Source: the human T2T-CHM13v2.0 reference genome, Homo sapiens. Taken from it: 64,000 nt of DNA. The stretch spans positions 31,360,001 to 31,424,000 of the forward strand of contig CP068257.2 in assembly GCA_009914755.4 (NCBI GenBank), read 5' to 3'. Shown piece after piece: positions 49,738 to 64,000 of the stretch (its first letter is position 1; each line of letters opens with the position of its first letter). The notes beneath the pieces are model-generated. The model made no database searches. It saw only the letters and a program-made list of their open reading frames with translations, and was not told the origin of the DNA. Both the position numbers and the translations under genes were made by a program.

Positions 49738-52700
49738 AAAGTACTAGTGATAACATGAAGTAGGGCACTGAGAGCGTGGAAAGGTAAATTTTACCTGTAA
49801 GGGAAGGAGGGAAGGCAGGAAAGAGGGAGAACTTGAGATCAACAGGGCTGGTGCCATGAGGATCGCAAGTAGGCTATGGGGAAGGACATTTCAAGGCCGT
49901 AGTGGTGAGGATGCAGGTTAGGTACCATAACAAAGAAAGTTCCAAGACAGCAGCTTAGATAAAGTTACAGTCCAGGGAGGTGGCCCAGGGTTGGTTTGAA
50001 AGCTTCATGGTATGAACAACCCAATTCCCTCCCTCTTATTTTTCTGCTATCCTCAACACAGTCTCCATCTTGCTACTCCAAGCCTGCCATCATGCCCATA
50101 TTCTGGGAAGGAGTATGGAGCAGGGAGAGTTCTCCTTCCTTTTAAGGTACAAACCAAGAATGGCATACGTCACTTCTGCTTGTATTCCCTGGGACAGAAC
50201 CTAGCTACAGGGTCACATCAAACTGCAACACAGGTCAGAAAATGTGGGCTTCATCTGGGTGGCCACATGCTAGCTAAAACCTTTACTAAAAAGGGAGGGC
50301 AGACACTGGGGACAAGAAGTAGTCTGTGTCACACCAGGCTGAGGAAGGGAGGTCCCCCTCAAAGAGCTCTGCATCCACAGCTTCTGACTCACAGTCCACC
50401 CACAACACAAACCCAGACTGAAACCTGCATTCTCAGGGAGAGGGAATGAATTTCTATAGGAGCTGTGGGGAAATGGGAAATTTTAAATAAGAATAGTCCA
50501 TTTTTCTAGCACTTGCTAGTCTGTAGGGCCTTTTACATTTTACATGTGTTACCTCCTTTAAAATGAGAAGCAGGTGCAATGTGCGCAACTTCCCTTTCAC
50601 AGGTGAGGAGGTGGCGGCGGGGGCTTGCCCAGGCTCCCACAGTGGAAACGAGCAGAGCCTAGGGGTCTCTGAATGACTCCCAGCCCACTGGGCAGCCCAG
50701 ACAAGCTCTCAGTCCCACTGACGCAGGCATCCGTAGGCTAACATGGAATAAGACCATCATAACACGACGTGATGCCCTTGTTCATGCCCAGCCTTTGGGG
50801 GCTGCCCTCCTAACCTCTGTGCCTTCCCTGAAGGGGGTACAGGCAGTCATATTTTGTGTAGCTTCATGACACAGAATCAGCTGCTCATTACGGGATGCAT
50901 CTTTTTCATTCCACCTCCCCCCATGGCCTATCACTGAAGTGAGCCTTATTTTGCAAGGCACATCTTCATTCTTGGTGTGTTAGGAAGGAAAAGGAAAAAA
51001 CGCCTATAATCCACATAAGGCACACAGAATCAAGTGGAATCCAATTCCTCCAAGTTCAAGATGAAGGAAGCTAGATGCAGAGGCTGAATTATGACGACAG
51101 ACATGTCAGTTCATCCCCGGAGTCTAAGATCTAAGACCATGGCCAGGATCAAGCTGCGTTTGAAGGGGCTCTTATCAATCACTATGAAATTCCAGTGTGC
51201 CTGAATCACTATGACTTGGAACCTTTGGATTTCTGCCAAATCACAATTTGGACTCTATCCACAAAGCCAGGCTGTGGCTCTTTCCTTCTTTCCTGATTCA
51301 TGCTCTGCCTTCACCCCTTTCATTGCTTTTTAAAGGTTTATTTTGAAAAGTCTTGTTCAGCCTGAGAACTATCTTTCCCATCAGCCATTTTCCTCTGCTT
51401 CTTAAACTTCCAGGTCAGGGATTCTCTGGAGTATTAAAGGGGGCTCAGCTGATGGTCCTCAGCTCCATTGTGCCCTGTTAGGCAAGTACCTGTCCTGGTG
51501 CAGTGACCCAGACATGCAAGAGAAAGGCTGTGGACTTGGGCAGCACTGTCTGGTAGAACATTCCATGATGATGGAAATGGTCTGTATCTACGCTGGCTAA
51601 TATGGTGGCCACATATGGCCATCAAGCACTCAAAATGTGGCCAGTATGACTGTGGAACTGAACTTTCAGTTTTATTTAATTTTAATTAACTTTAACTTCA
51701 ATAGCCACAGGTGGCTGTTGTTCACTATATTGGACAGTGCAGCTCTACAAGCAGAGGCCACAGGATCTCTGGACCTCACCGGGTGCATCATCAATCTTGG
51801 ATTTCCCCTGCTAAAACCCATACAATCTGGCCAGGCTCAAAATGCAGAGGGTTTTCTCAAAGTGAGAAGTATGGCTTTTACCACAAAACATTATTTGTAT
51901 TGATTCCATTTGCAAGAAAAACCATCATTCTGGACCAGCTGAGATCATCCGATTTCTGAAGAATCACAGAGTTAGAACTGTTGGCCGATTGCTTGTAGAC
52001 ATCTGTGACGATAAGCTTACGTCACTACCCTTGCCCCTCTCTAACCCACTCCCAACACCTACAACTCTTATTTCTATCCTTCTTCTTCATAAAACTCATT
52101 TTCCATTTTTCCCTCTAGCCTAAATCATGAGCACTAGCACCTTATCAGCAGCCAAGAAAAGCACATCATGTTTCCTTTACTGACTTTCTCATTAAGTTGC
52201 CCCCATTTCTCCCCCTACTCAAATAGTTGAAGATAGGAGTTTCAAAGGTTTTGTTTTAAAAGGTATGCCTACTGTCCAGAAAAACTTTCCCCAGGTCTTT
52301 GATGACCCTCTGGAAAGTTATTTAATTTTCCCAAGATCTGTTGTAGATAAAGAAATTCTTTGGGTAGGGAGGATAGACTTGGCACAAGCTCAACTGCAAA
52401 AGTATTATTGGGTTAATACGGTAGTTGTTGACTCTTCTTCAGGGATTCTCAATAATGGTCCTGTTACATTTGGGGCCAGATACTTCTCTGTGGTGGGGGC
52501 TGTCCTGCGCAGTGTAGGATGTTCAGCAGTATCCCTGGCCTCTACTTGCCAGTTGCCAGTGATACCCTGTCCCCAGTTGGGAAAACTGAAAATGTCACCA
52601 GACATTGCCAAGCATCCCCTGGGGGACAAAATCTCCCCCAGTTGAAAATCCCTGCTCTACTTCCATTTAACATCCACACTGAGCTGAGACAAGAGAGCAG

Positions 52701-53402
52701 AAGAGGAAAAAGCCACACAAAGCCATCCATTTCTATTTGAATCCTTAACTGTCATGATCCTCTTTCTTGTTTAGAATTCTTATTAGTAATGGACTTTTGC
52801 CCTAAACTTTGAGAAGTGAGAGGAGAGGAGGACATGGTGATTTTGCCTACATACCTCTGGAACATATTTTGGAACCAAGAAAGGTAGATCTGAAAATGCC
52901 AGGAGCTTGATTCATTTGGTTTCCTACATGGGAACTGTTTAAAATTAAGAGACAATGCACTCTGATATGACTCGCCAATTGTACACTGAATTCAATAAAA
53001 TGTTAATAAGAAAAGTTCACATGGATTGCACTCTTACCATATGCTAAGCATTGTTGCAGGTGTACTGATTCAATGACTATTTTTATTCCTACTTTACCCA
53101 TGAGGAATCGGAAGCACAGACATCATGCAGTTAGTGAGTTGCAGAGATGGGATTCAACATCCCAGGCATATAAGGATTGCGCTGTATGGGCAGACCAAAA
53201 AAGTATACATGGCCCCTCTAAATTTTCTTTTTAAAAACATTGATTTTTAAATTAACTTTTCACTGTGGAATAATTCTAGATTCACAGAAAAGTTGCAATG
53301 ATAGTACAGAAATTTCCTGTATATACCTCACCCAGCTTTCTCTAACGTTCACGTCTTTCATAACCTTGGTACATTTGTCACAACTAAGAAATTAAAATGG
53401 AT

Positions 53403-53662
53403 GGCTAGGTGCGGTGCCTCAAGCTTGCAATCACAGCACTTTGGGAGGCCAAGGGGGTGAATTTCTTGAGTCTAGGACTTTAAGACCAGCCTGGCAATAT
53501 GGCAAAACCCCATCTATTAGCCAGGTGTGGTGGTGCACACCTGTCATCCTAGCTGTTCGGGAGGCTGAGGTGGGGAGGATCAGTTGAACCCAGGAGGCTG
53601 AGCCTGCAGTGAGCTGTGATCACGCCACTGCACACCAGCCTGGGCAACAGAATAAGACCCTG
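53403..53662 (+). mobile_element. Alu element, sense.
   Basis: Signature: 'ggctaggtgcggtgcctcaagcttgcaatcacagcactttgggaggccaagggggtgaatttcttgagtctaggactttaagaccagcctggcaatatggcaaaaccccatctattagccaggtgtggtggtgcacacctgtcatcctagc...cactgcacaccagcctgggcaacagaataagaccctg'. Confidence 0.95.
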
Positions 53663-53736
53663 AAAAAAGAAAAAGAAAGAAAGAGAGAGAGAGAAAGGAA
53701 GGACGGAAGGAAGGAAGGAAGGAAGGAAGGAAGGAA

Positions 53737-53814
<78 letters not shown>

Positions 53815-53816
53815 AA
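53663..53816. repeat. Long A-rich tetranucleotide microsatellite (GAAA)n(GGAA)n(GAAA)n derived from the Alu poly(A) tail.
   Basis: The run reads 'aaaaaagaaaaagaaagaaagagagagagagaaaggaaggacggaagg(aagg)n aagaaagaaagaaa(gaaa)~17'. The ORF track translates it as KERKKERKKE... at 53609..53944. Confidence 0.95.
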
Positions 53817-55008
53817 TTAACATGGTTACAATGACATTAACTAAACCACAGATTTGGTTCAGAGTTCACCAGTTTTTCCATGAGTGTCCTTTGTTCCGCA
53901 GAAGAATACAGAGTATCCAATACAGGACAGCACATTGCATTTAGTTGGGGTTTATTTTTAATAGTGTTGACTAGACTTGTTCCTCACAACCCCTTCTAGA
54001 TCAAAGCAATTACAGATGCTGCTCCTATGGAAGATGTTATACAAAAATTCCACTGTTGTGCAAAATGGACACAGAGAAAGCTAATCACCACTGTATTAAG
54101 GTTTGGTAGAAGGAGATTTATGGGATTAAGGGGGAAATCAGGTGAGCATGGCACACTGGGAGGAAGTATTAAAATTGCTGAGAGTGGAACAGGGCTGGAA
54201 CCCCCTAAGGGATGTACAATTAAAACACAACAGATAACGATTCCCCTGAAAAGGGATGGAACGAGAAAGACAAGTGTCACAGAGAACTGCTTAGGGAAGC
54301 AAAGGGTCCATTTTACAAAGTGGCAAGAGAAAAGAGAATCTGCCTAGTAAGTCCTCTTAGTAGGAGACTAACTGCAGGTATGACTTAGGCTGCTGAGTGG
54401 TTAAGACTTTACAAGGGAAAAATGAGAGAGAGAGAAGAGACAGGAGTGTATGCCAGCCACGTATGTGCATATAGAAGAGACATGTCTGTTTCAGACCTGC
54501 CCACAACCTGAACAAGCCTCATTTCTGTAATTACAAAGAGCTCACTTGATTCTAAATCTGCAGTGTAAGCATTCAGAATCCACCTCATCAGTGTCAACAG
54601 GCAAGAAACCTGTACTTAAAGGCACTGCCAATGTGCCTTGGGGAATCGCTTAGAAATCCAGTGCCATTGTTAGAAAACAAGGGTTAGGCCCCAGATTGGG
54701 ACACATGTAAGATAACATACAACACAGTTCTCTCTCCAAAACTTCTCATGCATTCTCCTGCCCACACCATGTCCAAGAGGTAACTGGGATTTGCTACGAT
54801 TTTTTTTTTACAAGGACTATAAAACAATGCCAGAGAAGAGGGGCAGGATCAGGAGACTGGAAAACAAGGAAAGGTGATATGGTAGGAAGCAGGCTCTCTC
54901 CATCTGGCATGTGACATCATCCCCCTACCCCTCGCCTCCTTCCCTGCCCCCCAACTCTATCTCCACCGTTCTCCATATGCACGTTCCTCTTTTAAAGTGT
55001 TAATTTTG

Positions 55009-55384
<376 letters not shown>

Positions 55385-57809
55385 TTACCAGGAGAGTGGA
55401 TGGCATCCAATCTTCTTCAAATCGAGGCACGAAGTTTTTAGAAGTACATAGAATTTGAGCAATCTAACATGTCATGGAACAAACCCAAACCATAACCTTC
55501 ATGCTAATGAAATCACAAGAAATAAATGCATGGGAGATTTGCATGAAGGTGACTGAAATTAATAAACTATATCGTGCTCCATTGGAAAGGATCGAAGAGC
55601 AGATGCTAACTTAGCTGACCTGACAATAAGTGGAGTAGTGATTAGCCATGCTGCAGTGACTCACTGACCTGGCAAGCACCATCTGAGAGCAGTCCAATTT
55701 AAGTCAGTCACCATAGCGTCAGGGCGGGAGGGAGACAGGGATCTCCCAATGAGGTTCGTGCCCTTCCCTCTGGAAAGACCAGCTAAAGAGTCAACAGGGT
55801 AGCTGATAACACCAAATAATGTTGTTCTACACATAGGAGACAACAGATGTGTCCTGGATGATTTAGAAGAGGGGAAGAGAAAGAACACACGAGGGGCCCA
55901 GAAGCCAGGGAAGGCTTCAGGAAGGAGGGAGATTTCAACTGGTCCTGATAGATGAATCAGATTGAAGCAGGGAATTGAGGGATGCTAACAGTTAGACCAC
56001 CCTTGGGTTGATTCTGCTCAGAGAGTTCTAGAATCCTGATGATGGAAAGAGCAAAGTCAGCTCATGGTATGGGGTGAGACCTGTGCTCCATCGTCATAGC
56101 CCACAAACCCTGGCACATCCATGGCAGGGCCTGACCCCAAACCTAGAGTCAGCATCTTCAAGGGTTAGTGCCACGAATTTGTATGTTCGTAATTACCAGG
56201 TGATTCTGATCTAATGACCCCTATCTCAAAGATGAAGAAATCGAGGTCCAGGGAAAGGATGTGATTGGCTCATGGGGCATATATTGTGAATTCATTTAGG
56301 ATGTGACTTTCCAACCATTTCTCCAATACTTCTCCATGAAGGGTGTGCTCTGAAACCCCACCTGCAGAGGCAAGCAGGGTCACCCTACACCTCTCTTTGG
56401 CTGGACTCTGTCTCCTCGACTGGGTTCGGAAGGTTGTAATGGTGCATGGCAGCTTCTCTGCTCCATTGTTAATAATCCACTCATCTGGAAGAAAAAGCAG
56501 CAGCTTCTTCCACCACCCCGGAATTGCAACATTTGTCCTTAGTGAAGCAGGGGATGGAAAAAAAAAGAAAACTCTGCTGATACAGTTTTGCCTTTTCCTG
56601 CAGGTCCTTTGGACTCAGCCTGAGAACCTGCCCCAGCTGCAGAAGCGCTGTCTCTAAAGGGCTGCCGTCTTAACCCCTTAACCCAAATTTCATTCCCTCA
56701 AGGCTTGCCAGGGGCCGGTCTGTCGTCACAGGCATTCCTTGCAGATGCATCAAGGTTATTTTCCCATTTTTGAAAGGATGTGTGGGAACATGGAAATTCT
56801 GCTCTGTTTCAGCCAAAACAGAAAAACAGGATTGTGTTCCTAAATCCTTGAATTCCTCTCCCTGCTCCTCTCATCATTTCCTGAAATCCCACTTGTATGT
56901 CCTCCTGCAAGACTTTGCAGTGCCTCTGTTATCTGACTGCACCCAAGCAGGCATCATTAAGACCAACTCCCAGTTGCTTTTTAACAAGCTGCCCCACCCA
57001 CCATCTCGGTCCCCCCCAGAGCATCCCCATCTTTTCTGTTTCCAAAGATATTTTTATACCTTTTGTTTCAAAGATGATTCCTCCCAGGACAGGGCTCTCT
57101 GACCACCTGGTCCTGTGCACACCCTCTGTCCCCTGCACTGATGCCCTTTGCCCTGACATCCCTTCAGCTTTGCTAGGACAAGGGTCTCTGGCAAGGGGCT
57201 GAGGCCACTGGCTTAAGTGGGGTTTAGAGATCACACATTTATTTCATGTATCCTTGCTTCCCTCTAACACTGAAAACCTGTCAGTTACTCATTCATTCAT
57301 CAAATATGAAGCACCTATTGGATACCAAGCACTGTATGAAGCCCTGCGATGGCTGGGAGGTTGCTATGGCTCCTTATGTATTCAGATCCAACACGACAGA
57401 CTGAGGAAACGATTTAGGAATCAAAATCAGAGCTGCCTCAAGAAGTGGATCGAAGAATCCAAGTGACTGCAAAGTCTTTTTCTTCCTTTTGTAAATAAAC
57501 AGTTATGAAGAGACAAGAAAAAACATCTCACAACTCTGTCTGGTTCCAGGGAATTGGGCTGGTCATATGTGAGGCTTTAGGCACAGAGCTTCATTTCATT
57601 CTATTCACGTAATGCACAAGTATTAAGTGCCTCCCATGTTGAAGGGTCCTTCCTTTCCATAGGATATCTGCAATCCAAGGCCTATGAGGTCATGGTGATG
57701 GGTCTGAAAAACCCAACAGGTATGAAAATGTTCTAGAGACATGCTGTACAATGACATGAATATAGTTGACACTCCTGAACAGTCGCTGTAATTAAAAATG
57801 GTTGTGATC

Positions 57810-58210
<401 letters not shown>

Positions 58211-59310
58211 TCATGCACACTGGCTTATGGGCAGTGCCAGGAAAGACCCATTTCCCAGTAGCAGGCCCAGCACGAAAGAGCCGACGGGGTGAGGGGTGGG
58301 CCAGGGGTCCCAGGCAGAGGGGCCAGGACATTTGAGGCTGCCTCATCTGTGCATACGTCCTAGGGATGGAGCCAATAAGAGACAGATGTGCCCTAGACCC
58401 TACCTGCTCCGTAGGCAAAAGCCAATCACAGCCAGGGATCCCAACATTTGCGTGAATGCTAATTGAGGCTTTTTATTTCTTAACTTGTGAAGATGGCAGA
58501 AGTTTTATTTTCTTACTTCTCAGAATTCCGCCTGGCCTACCAGATGCCTAGCTCTTAAAAGGACCTCGTTCTCTGCACTGATGGACTCTGGCAGAGTTTG
58601 GGATGGGAGGTGGTGGTGAAGAGGAGGCAGTCCTACACTTTAAGTGAGAAAAGTACAAAAAAGAACGGTCTCTAAAACACAGCTGCCAATGTCAGTGGGG
58701 TTCCTTCATTCTTGAAATTCACCTGATGACGGTGAACAGGTTCAATATGAAGTTCATTTTTCAATTCATTCTATCTCATCTGAGTACCTACTCTGGGACC
58801 ATGGACTGTATAGAAATTAGGACTTGAAATTGTCCTTTGCCACCTCCTTCCTTCACCTTATGGAGTACAGAACAATGGCTCTGGGCAGGGCCAGCTTCAG
58901 GTGTGCATGACCCATTGGGACAGTGGCGTAGAACCCCGTGCTTGGAAGAGCCTTGAACGTGGTCAATGCTCTGCTGTCAGCCCTTCCTGACTTTTAAATA
59001 AGGGGGCCCCATATTTACATTTCATACTAAGGCTCAAAAATCATGTAGCTGGTTTTGCTCTTGGTAATGAAAGACTCCTTGAGGTGGTTCCCACAGTTTT
59101 CCATATCCCAGCCAGGGCTCTCTTCACACTGTCCCCACTTCCATGGCTGGAGCCGTAGTTTTTTCCTGGTCATAACTGTGGAAGGCAGGAAAAACTCACT
59201 TCTTAAGTCCTAACCCAAGATCATATTTTTTCCTGTTAAAAATTGCTGTTCATCTTAAAGTAGCAACATGAGTCTTAAACGGGATTCAGTACTTCAGTCC
59301 AATGTGCTAA

Positions 59311-59718
<408 letters not shown>

Positions 59719-60984
59719 TAAATTTCCCTGTGAGTCCTACCTAGGCCTAAGGAAGGAAAGGGAAGTCCAACACAAGAAAAACATCTTCACTCCTTAAAAC
59801 TCTTAAACATGTAGGCTCCCCACGTCGTATACATTAACATCTCTGCTAATGTATGAAATAAATTTCTGGCACAAAAATCCTAACTCATTCATTAAGAACA
59901 ACAGGAAAGCAAGTTCTACCAAACACCATAATCAACCCACTGATATTTACCGATAGCCTTCCCTCACCCCCACCCCCAACCCCACTCCCACTGTGGGACT
60001 TAAAAGGACAAAATATTTTTGTGAAAACAGCATTTGTGTGCTTTTTTTTTTAAGGGCTAAGAATGTGAGATCTAAATCAATTCTAATATATTTCAAATAT
60101 ATTCATTATCATGCACTAAAAGAGAATTCCCATTTTGTGGTTCTCCAAGGAGAGTGACAGAGCCTTGTTTGTAACAGCCCCGGGCATAAGCAATCATTGT
60201 GTAGCTTAATTAGATATTCCCCGTGCTAGTGTGAGGGACATATGTCCATTCACTGTGACAAACACTGACAGCGGCCGGCGCTTTCATGATCCTGCTCTAT
60301 GCAGATAAAGGCAACGCAAGTGCGAGCTCTCCCAAGGACCTGTGGCCCCAGCCGGCCCCGGCACAATCAGCCCGCATTCACCGATTGGTTCCAGTTTATT
60401 AATAGCCTATGAACTTCTCATCTGCTCCCGGACTGGTTAGGACTGTCACCTGCAACTGCCAGGCCAGAAAAGGCTTTTCCACTCCTCGGGATCCGAGCGG
60501 ATCTGGGTCTGCTGGGCCAGGCGCACTTTGTATTTTCCAACACAAAGAACAATGGATTTGAGGAGTTGTAAATTGCAAGAGTGGAAAAGCAGATCACGTT
60601 TTAGGTGGGTCCAGAAGGGAAGGCCACCCCACAGTCAAAGGGAAGGCAACTAGAAGCTAAAATAGGCTTGGCTAATTTTAAAAGCTACTTAAATTCTTAT
60701 AGTTCCAATTTTTAAATATACCTTCAAATGAATAGGAGTGGAGGGGAGCGTCCAAATGGGGAAAAGTCTTGGCCCATGTCCTCACCTTCTCTTTGGAAAA
60801 GGCAAACTATGAAAACAGGGGATGAATACCAGAATGTCCCTGGGTCCCCAATATTCTCTTGCACACCCCACCTTAGAAGTCTGTCTCCACCCTCTTCTCA
60901 GAACCGAGTCCAACTTTTTTCGGCTGAAAACCCGTTTTGATCAGGAATTCTCCCTGACTTTTTTCTCCTCTGGGGAAATGTGTA

Positions 60985-61345
60985 TTCGTTAGCTCATGCT
61001 GCCATAACAAAGTATAGCAAACTGGGTCGTTTAAGCAACAGCCATTTATTGGCTCACAGTTCTGGAAGCCAGAAGTATAAAATCCAGCTGTCAATTGTGT
61101 TGGTTCCTTCCGTGAGGGAAGGATCTGTTCCAGGCCCCTCTCCTTGGCTTCTAGAGGGCTGTCTTCTCCATGGGTCTTCATGTTATCTCCCTTCCATACG
61201 TATCTGTCTCTGTGTCCAAATTTCCCCTTTGCCGAAAGACATGAGTCACAATGGATTAGGGCCCACACTAAAGAAATCATTTTAACTTGATTACCTCTTT
61301 AATTGATTACCTCTACTTCCAAATACAGTCACTTTCTGAGGTACT
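60985..61345 (+). mobile_element. Copy of the 'ctggaagccagaag' LTR/MER-like repeat family, as at 1678-2050.
   Basis: Signature: 'tgctgccataacaaagtatagcaaactgggtcgtttaagcaacagccatttattggctcacagttctggaagccagaagtataaaatccagctgtcaattgtgttgg...ttagggcccacactaaagaaatcattttaacttgattacctc...aaatacagtcactttctgaggtactgggtggtagaattccaacat'. Confidence 0.55.
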
Positions 61346-62884
61346 GGGTGGTAGAATTCCAACATATCTTATTCCCAAGGTATGTTGGGAAAGGAATCTT
61401 TCTTCCATTTCTTAAGGGACCTAATACAAAAGCACCACTTGCTCTAACTCCCCACCCAGACTGGAGATATATTAGGTCCCCTGGCCAAATATCAACCCCA
61501 TCCTCTAAGATCATTGCAAAATAAACCACTTTCAAATAGAGAGAGGCCCTCTCTGTCTTTGTCTTCTACTGTTACATAGGGGCTACTCTGGTGGAATTTG
61601 AGTCTTTAAAAATGGTCCAATTCTATTTCAAAGAAAGCCAGAACTTGAAAAGACCTAAGAGAAGAGTTGAACCCCTCTGTGCAATGGGCCCAAAGGGGAA
61701 ATGGCCTGAGGTCACCACGCTAGTTGGTGATAGAACGGAGTCTAGAATCCAGGCAGCATTCAGCTCCTCTGATGGGTCCACAGAGCAGTAGGAAGTCTTG
61801 ATGCCAGCTAGTGAGGGAACCCCTCAGTTTAACTCCTCTGAGACTGGAGAGCTCCCAGGCACCCTTGACTGGCTTTTCTCTCCTCTTTATAGGGAATCCA
61901 AGAATCCCCCATCTGGACCACTATAGAAAGGCACACTGTCAACCTGCATCAGCGCAATGCTTCCACTAACTGGACAGATCTAGAATTAAGGCACCAAAGA
62001 AAGAGGTCCACCTGGTCAGTTGATAATTGATACTCTTTATAATTGCAAGTTAATGGGCTCTTGAAGTCTGGCAGATCTGGGTTTGAACACCAGCACCACC
62101 ATCTACCAGCAGTGTGACTGGCATCCACCATTTAACCTCAGCTTTTTTGTAAAATTCCTACCTCTCCCAGTTGTCATGAGAATGGACATCAATAATGCAT
62201 ATACATTTCTTGATAGCAATAACATAACTGACCTTAAAATAGGTCATTTTTATTAGTTATCCTCCTTAGGCAGAAATGCATTGGTCACATGGTGGACCCA
62301 GAAATGGGAAGTTGTTTTACACAAATTAAAACAAAGCAAAGCTTTATTTTCCTCTTATCCAAAGCTATTTCAGAGAATAAATAATCAGGAAGCAGCTGTC
62401 AAGTGAGGTAGATGAATGGTTAGTTTTCCCAGATATCACTTCATTCCACTCCTACAGACCATAAGCTGGCAGAACTGATCAACAGGAACAATTTAAGAAT
62501 GCTGCCTAGGGGCACTCCAATGAGCTTTTTATCCCCATCAGTTGTGGATAGCCACTGTGGTAGGACAGAGGAAAATAGATGGAATGTCAATATAAGTATC
62601 AACTGGAAAGGTTCTCCCAAATTAAATAATTAGCCTGGAAGACAAACCCCAATGTCTGATGAGGACTCAGTGGTCCATTTGTGAGGTGAACATGAATCCC
62701 TTCTAAGGAGGCAGCTCCCTTTGAATGCTTCTACCAAAGTTTTCCATAATCTTTGGTGTCTATGAGGTCAGCAGGTCAGGTTATTATCACTCTAATATTG
62801 TTCCATGGGTCATGTGGTCAAGAGATTCCCAGAGTCACATGGCAGAGCCAAGACCAGGATCAGGGCTTCTGCCACTGGACTAGG

Positions 62885-62950
62885 CTCATCCCTTTCACTG
62901 TTCCAGACTGTTCTAGATTATTCCAGACTGTTCCACACTGTTCCACATTC
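62885..62950. repeat. Short degenerate tandem repeat of a ~12-bp unit (ttccaSactgtt).
   Basis: The sequence reads 'cactgttccagactgttctagattattccagactgttccacactgttccacattc'. Confidence 0.8.
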
Positions 62951-64000
62951 TCATGTGTGCCTTGGGGCCCAAAATAGGGATGCTTGAAAAACTGCCACAT
63001 ATTGTTTTCAGGCATATTCCAAATGTCTAAGAGATTTATAGAGCCATTTTGTCTTTACTATTAATGAAGGTGACAACTGGCCACCATCAATCTCACTAAT
63101 GTGAATGCAAAATAACTCTACAAATCTCTTAGACACAAGAATGGAAGCTGGGCATGCCCCCGCGTGAGGTTATTTCAGAGTCACCTGAAGGTCTTCCATC
63201 TCCCACCTCCCCAGTTACAATGTTTTGAACTTTTTATTTCCTTGGATGTCTCAAATATCCATAGAGCTTAAATGCAAATGTCTGTAAAAAATAAAAAAAT
63301 ACAAGGGGCTTCCTCAGCAGTTTACCTCCATGTGATATGCCTATGTCCAATACAGAAACACCTAGTCAGACGCACTTCCCATGCCCAAAGGGGCAGACAG
63401 CTCTTCTTGTTGTATGTGGTTGGCAGGGGGAGTCAGACCCATGGAAACATTTTTACAGTTAGGAAATGCAGGCAAGAGTTATGCACACACAAGGGCTGGG
63501 GGCTGTTTCAATTCTATATTGTAGCAGAGCAAACTATCTCCAAACTTAGTGACTTACAACCACCAGTTCATGATTTATCAAGACCCTGAGGGTGGGAAGT
63601 CTGGAGAGGGTATCATGGGGATGGCTCCCCTCTGCTCCATGAGCGGGGCTGGGATGTCCATGATGGCTTCTTCCCTCCCGTGTCTGGTGCCTCAGCTAGG
63701 ATCAGTCAGGGTCACCACTAAATAATTGGCACGGATGGCTTAAATGGAGGGGGTTGGCTGGATCTGCTCGGTGGGGGGCTCACAAGGCCTTGGGTTAAGG
63801 TCTGAGGTCTTGGGTCCCTTTCCTCTCTTTCCATGTAGACTCAGGACATCTCTCCCTCTCTCCATGTGGCCCCTCTGGCTGAGCTTCTAAAATGGCAGCT
63901 GGCTTCCAAAAACACAAAAGTGAAGGCTGCCAGACTTCCTTAAGGTTTAGGCCCAGAACAGGTATAACTTCACTTCTATTGCATCCTGTTGACTAAAGTG

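Noticed and set aside
53609-53944. ORF 53609..53944 (+) encoding a Lys/Glu/Arg-rich 'protein' (KERKKERKKE...), and its minus-strand partner 53620..53823 (FLSFFLS...).
   Set aside because: This is a frame translation of the (GAAA)n/(GGAA)n microsatellite.

Overview
This window is human genomic DNA from chromosome 21q22.11, not a prokaryotic locus. The six-frame ORF at 35036..36007 (+) translates to the complete 323-aa bHLH transcription factor OLIG2, with no frameshifts or premature stops. The OLIG2 gene model has two exons. A TATA box sits at 34078-34085 inside a CpG-island promoter. A short non-coding exon 1 ends at 34199 (donor GTAAGT at 34200). A ~774-bp intron ends in a long (CT)n polypyrimidine tract. 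Exon 2 starts at 34974 and holds the whole CDS plus a ~1.37-kb 3'UTR with AATAAA signals at 37325 and 37352. OLIG2 sits in a ~13-kb core (about 26.2-39.5 kb) with no recognisable Alu or L1 insertions. That core contains at least four CpG-rich blocks: 27.8-28.6 kb, 30.8-32.3 kb, the promoter/gene body at 33.3-36.5 kb, and 41.2-42.5 kb. This clustering is typical of a developmental transcription-factor locus. The flanks (1-26 kb and 39.5-64 kb) are gene-poor and mostly interspersed repeats: about 11 Alu copies, several L1 fragments, THE1/MST-type MaLR LTRs, and a MADE1 mariner MITE split by an Alu with intact target-site duplications. There are also microsatellites, including a long (GGAA)n(GAAA)n run grown from an Alu tail. 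OLIG1 and other protein-coding genes are not in the window. No CRISPR arrays, rRNA or tRNA genes are present. I find no evidence of a novel biological system. The most interesting unexplained signals are non-coding: the CpG islands upstream and downstream of OLIG2, a Myb-like palindrome, an NF-kB consensus beside the poly(A) site, and a few local duplications and inversions.
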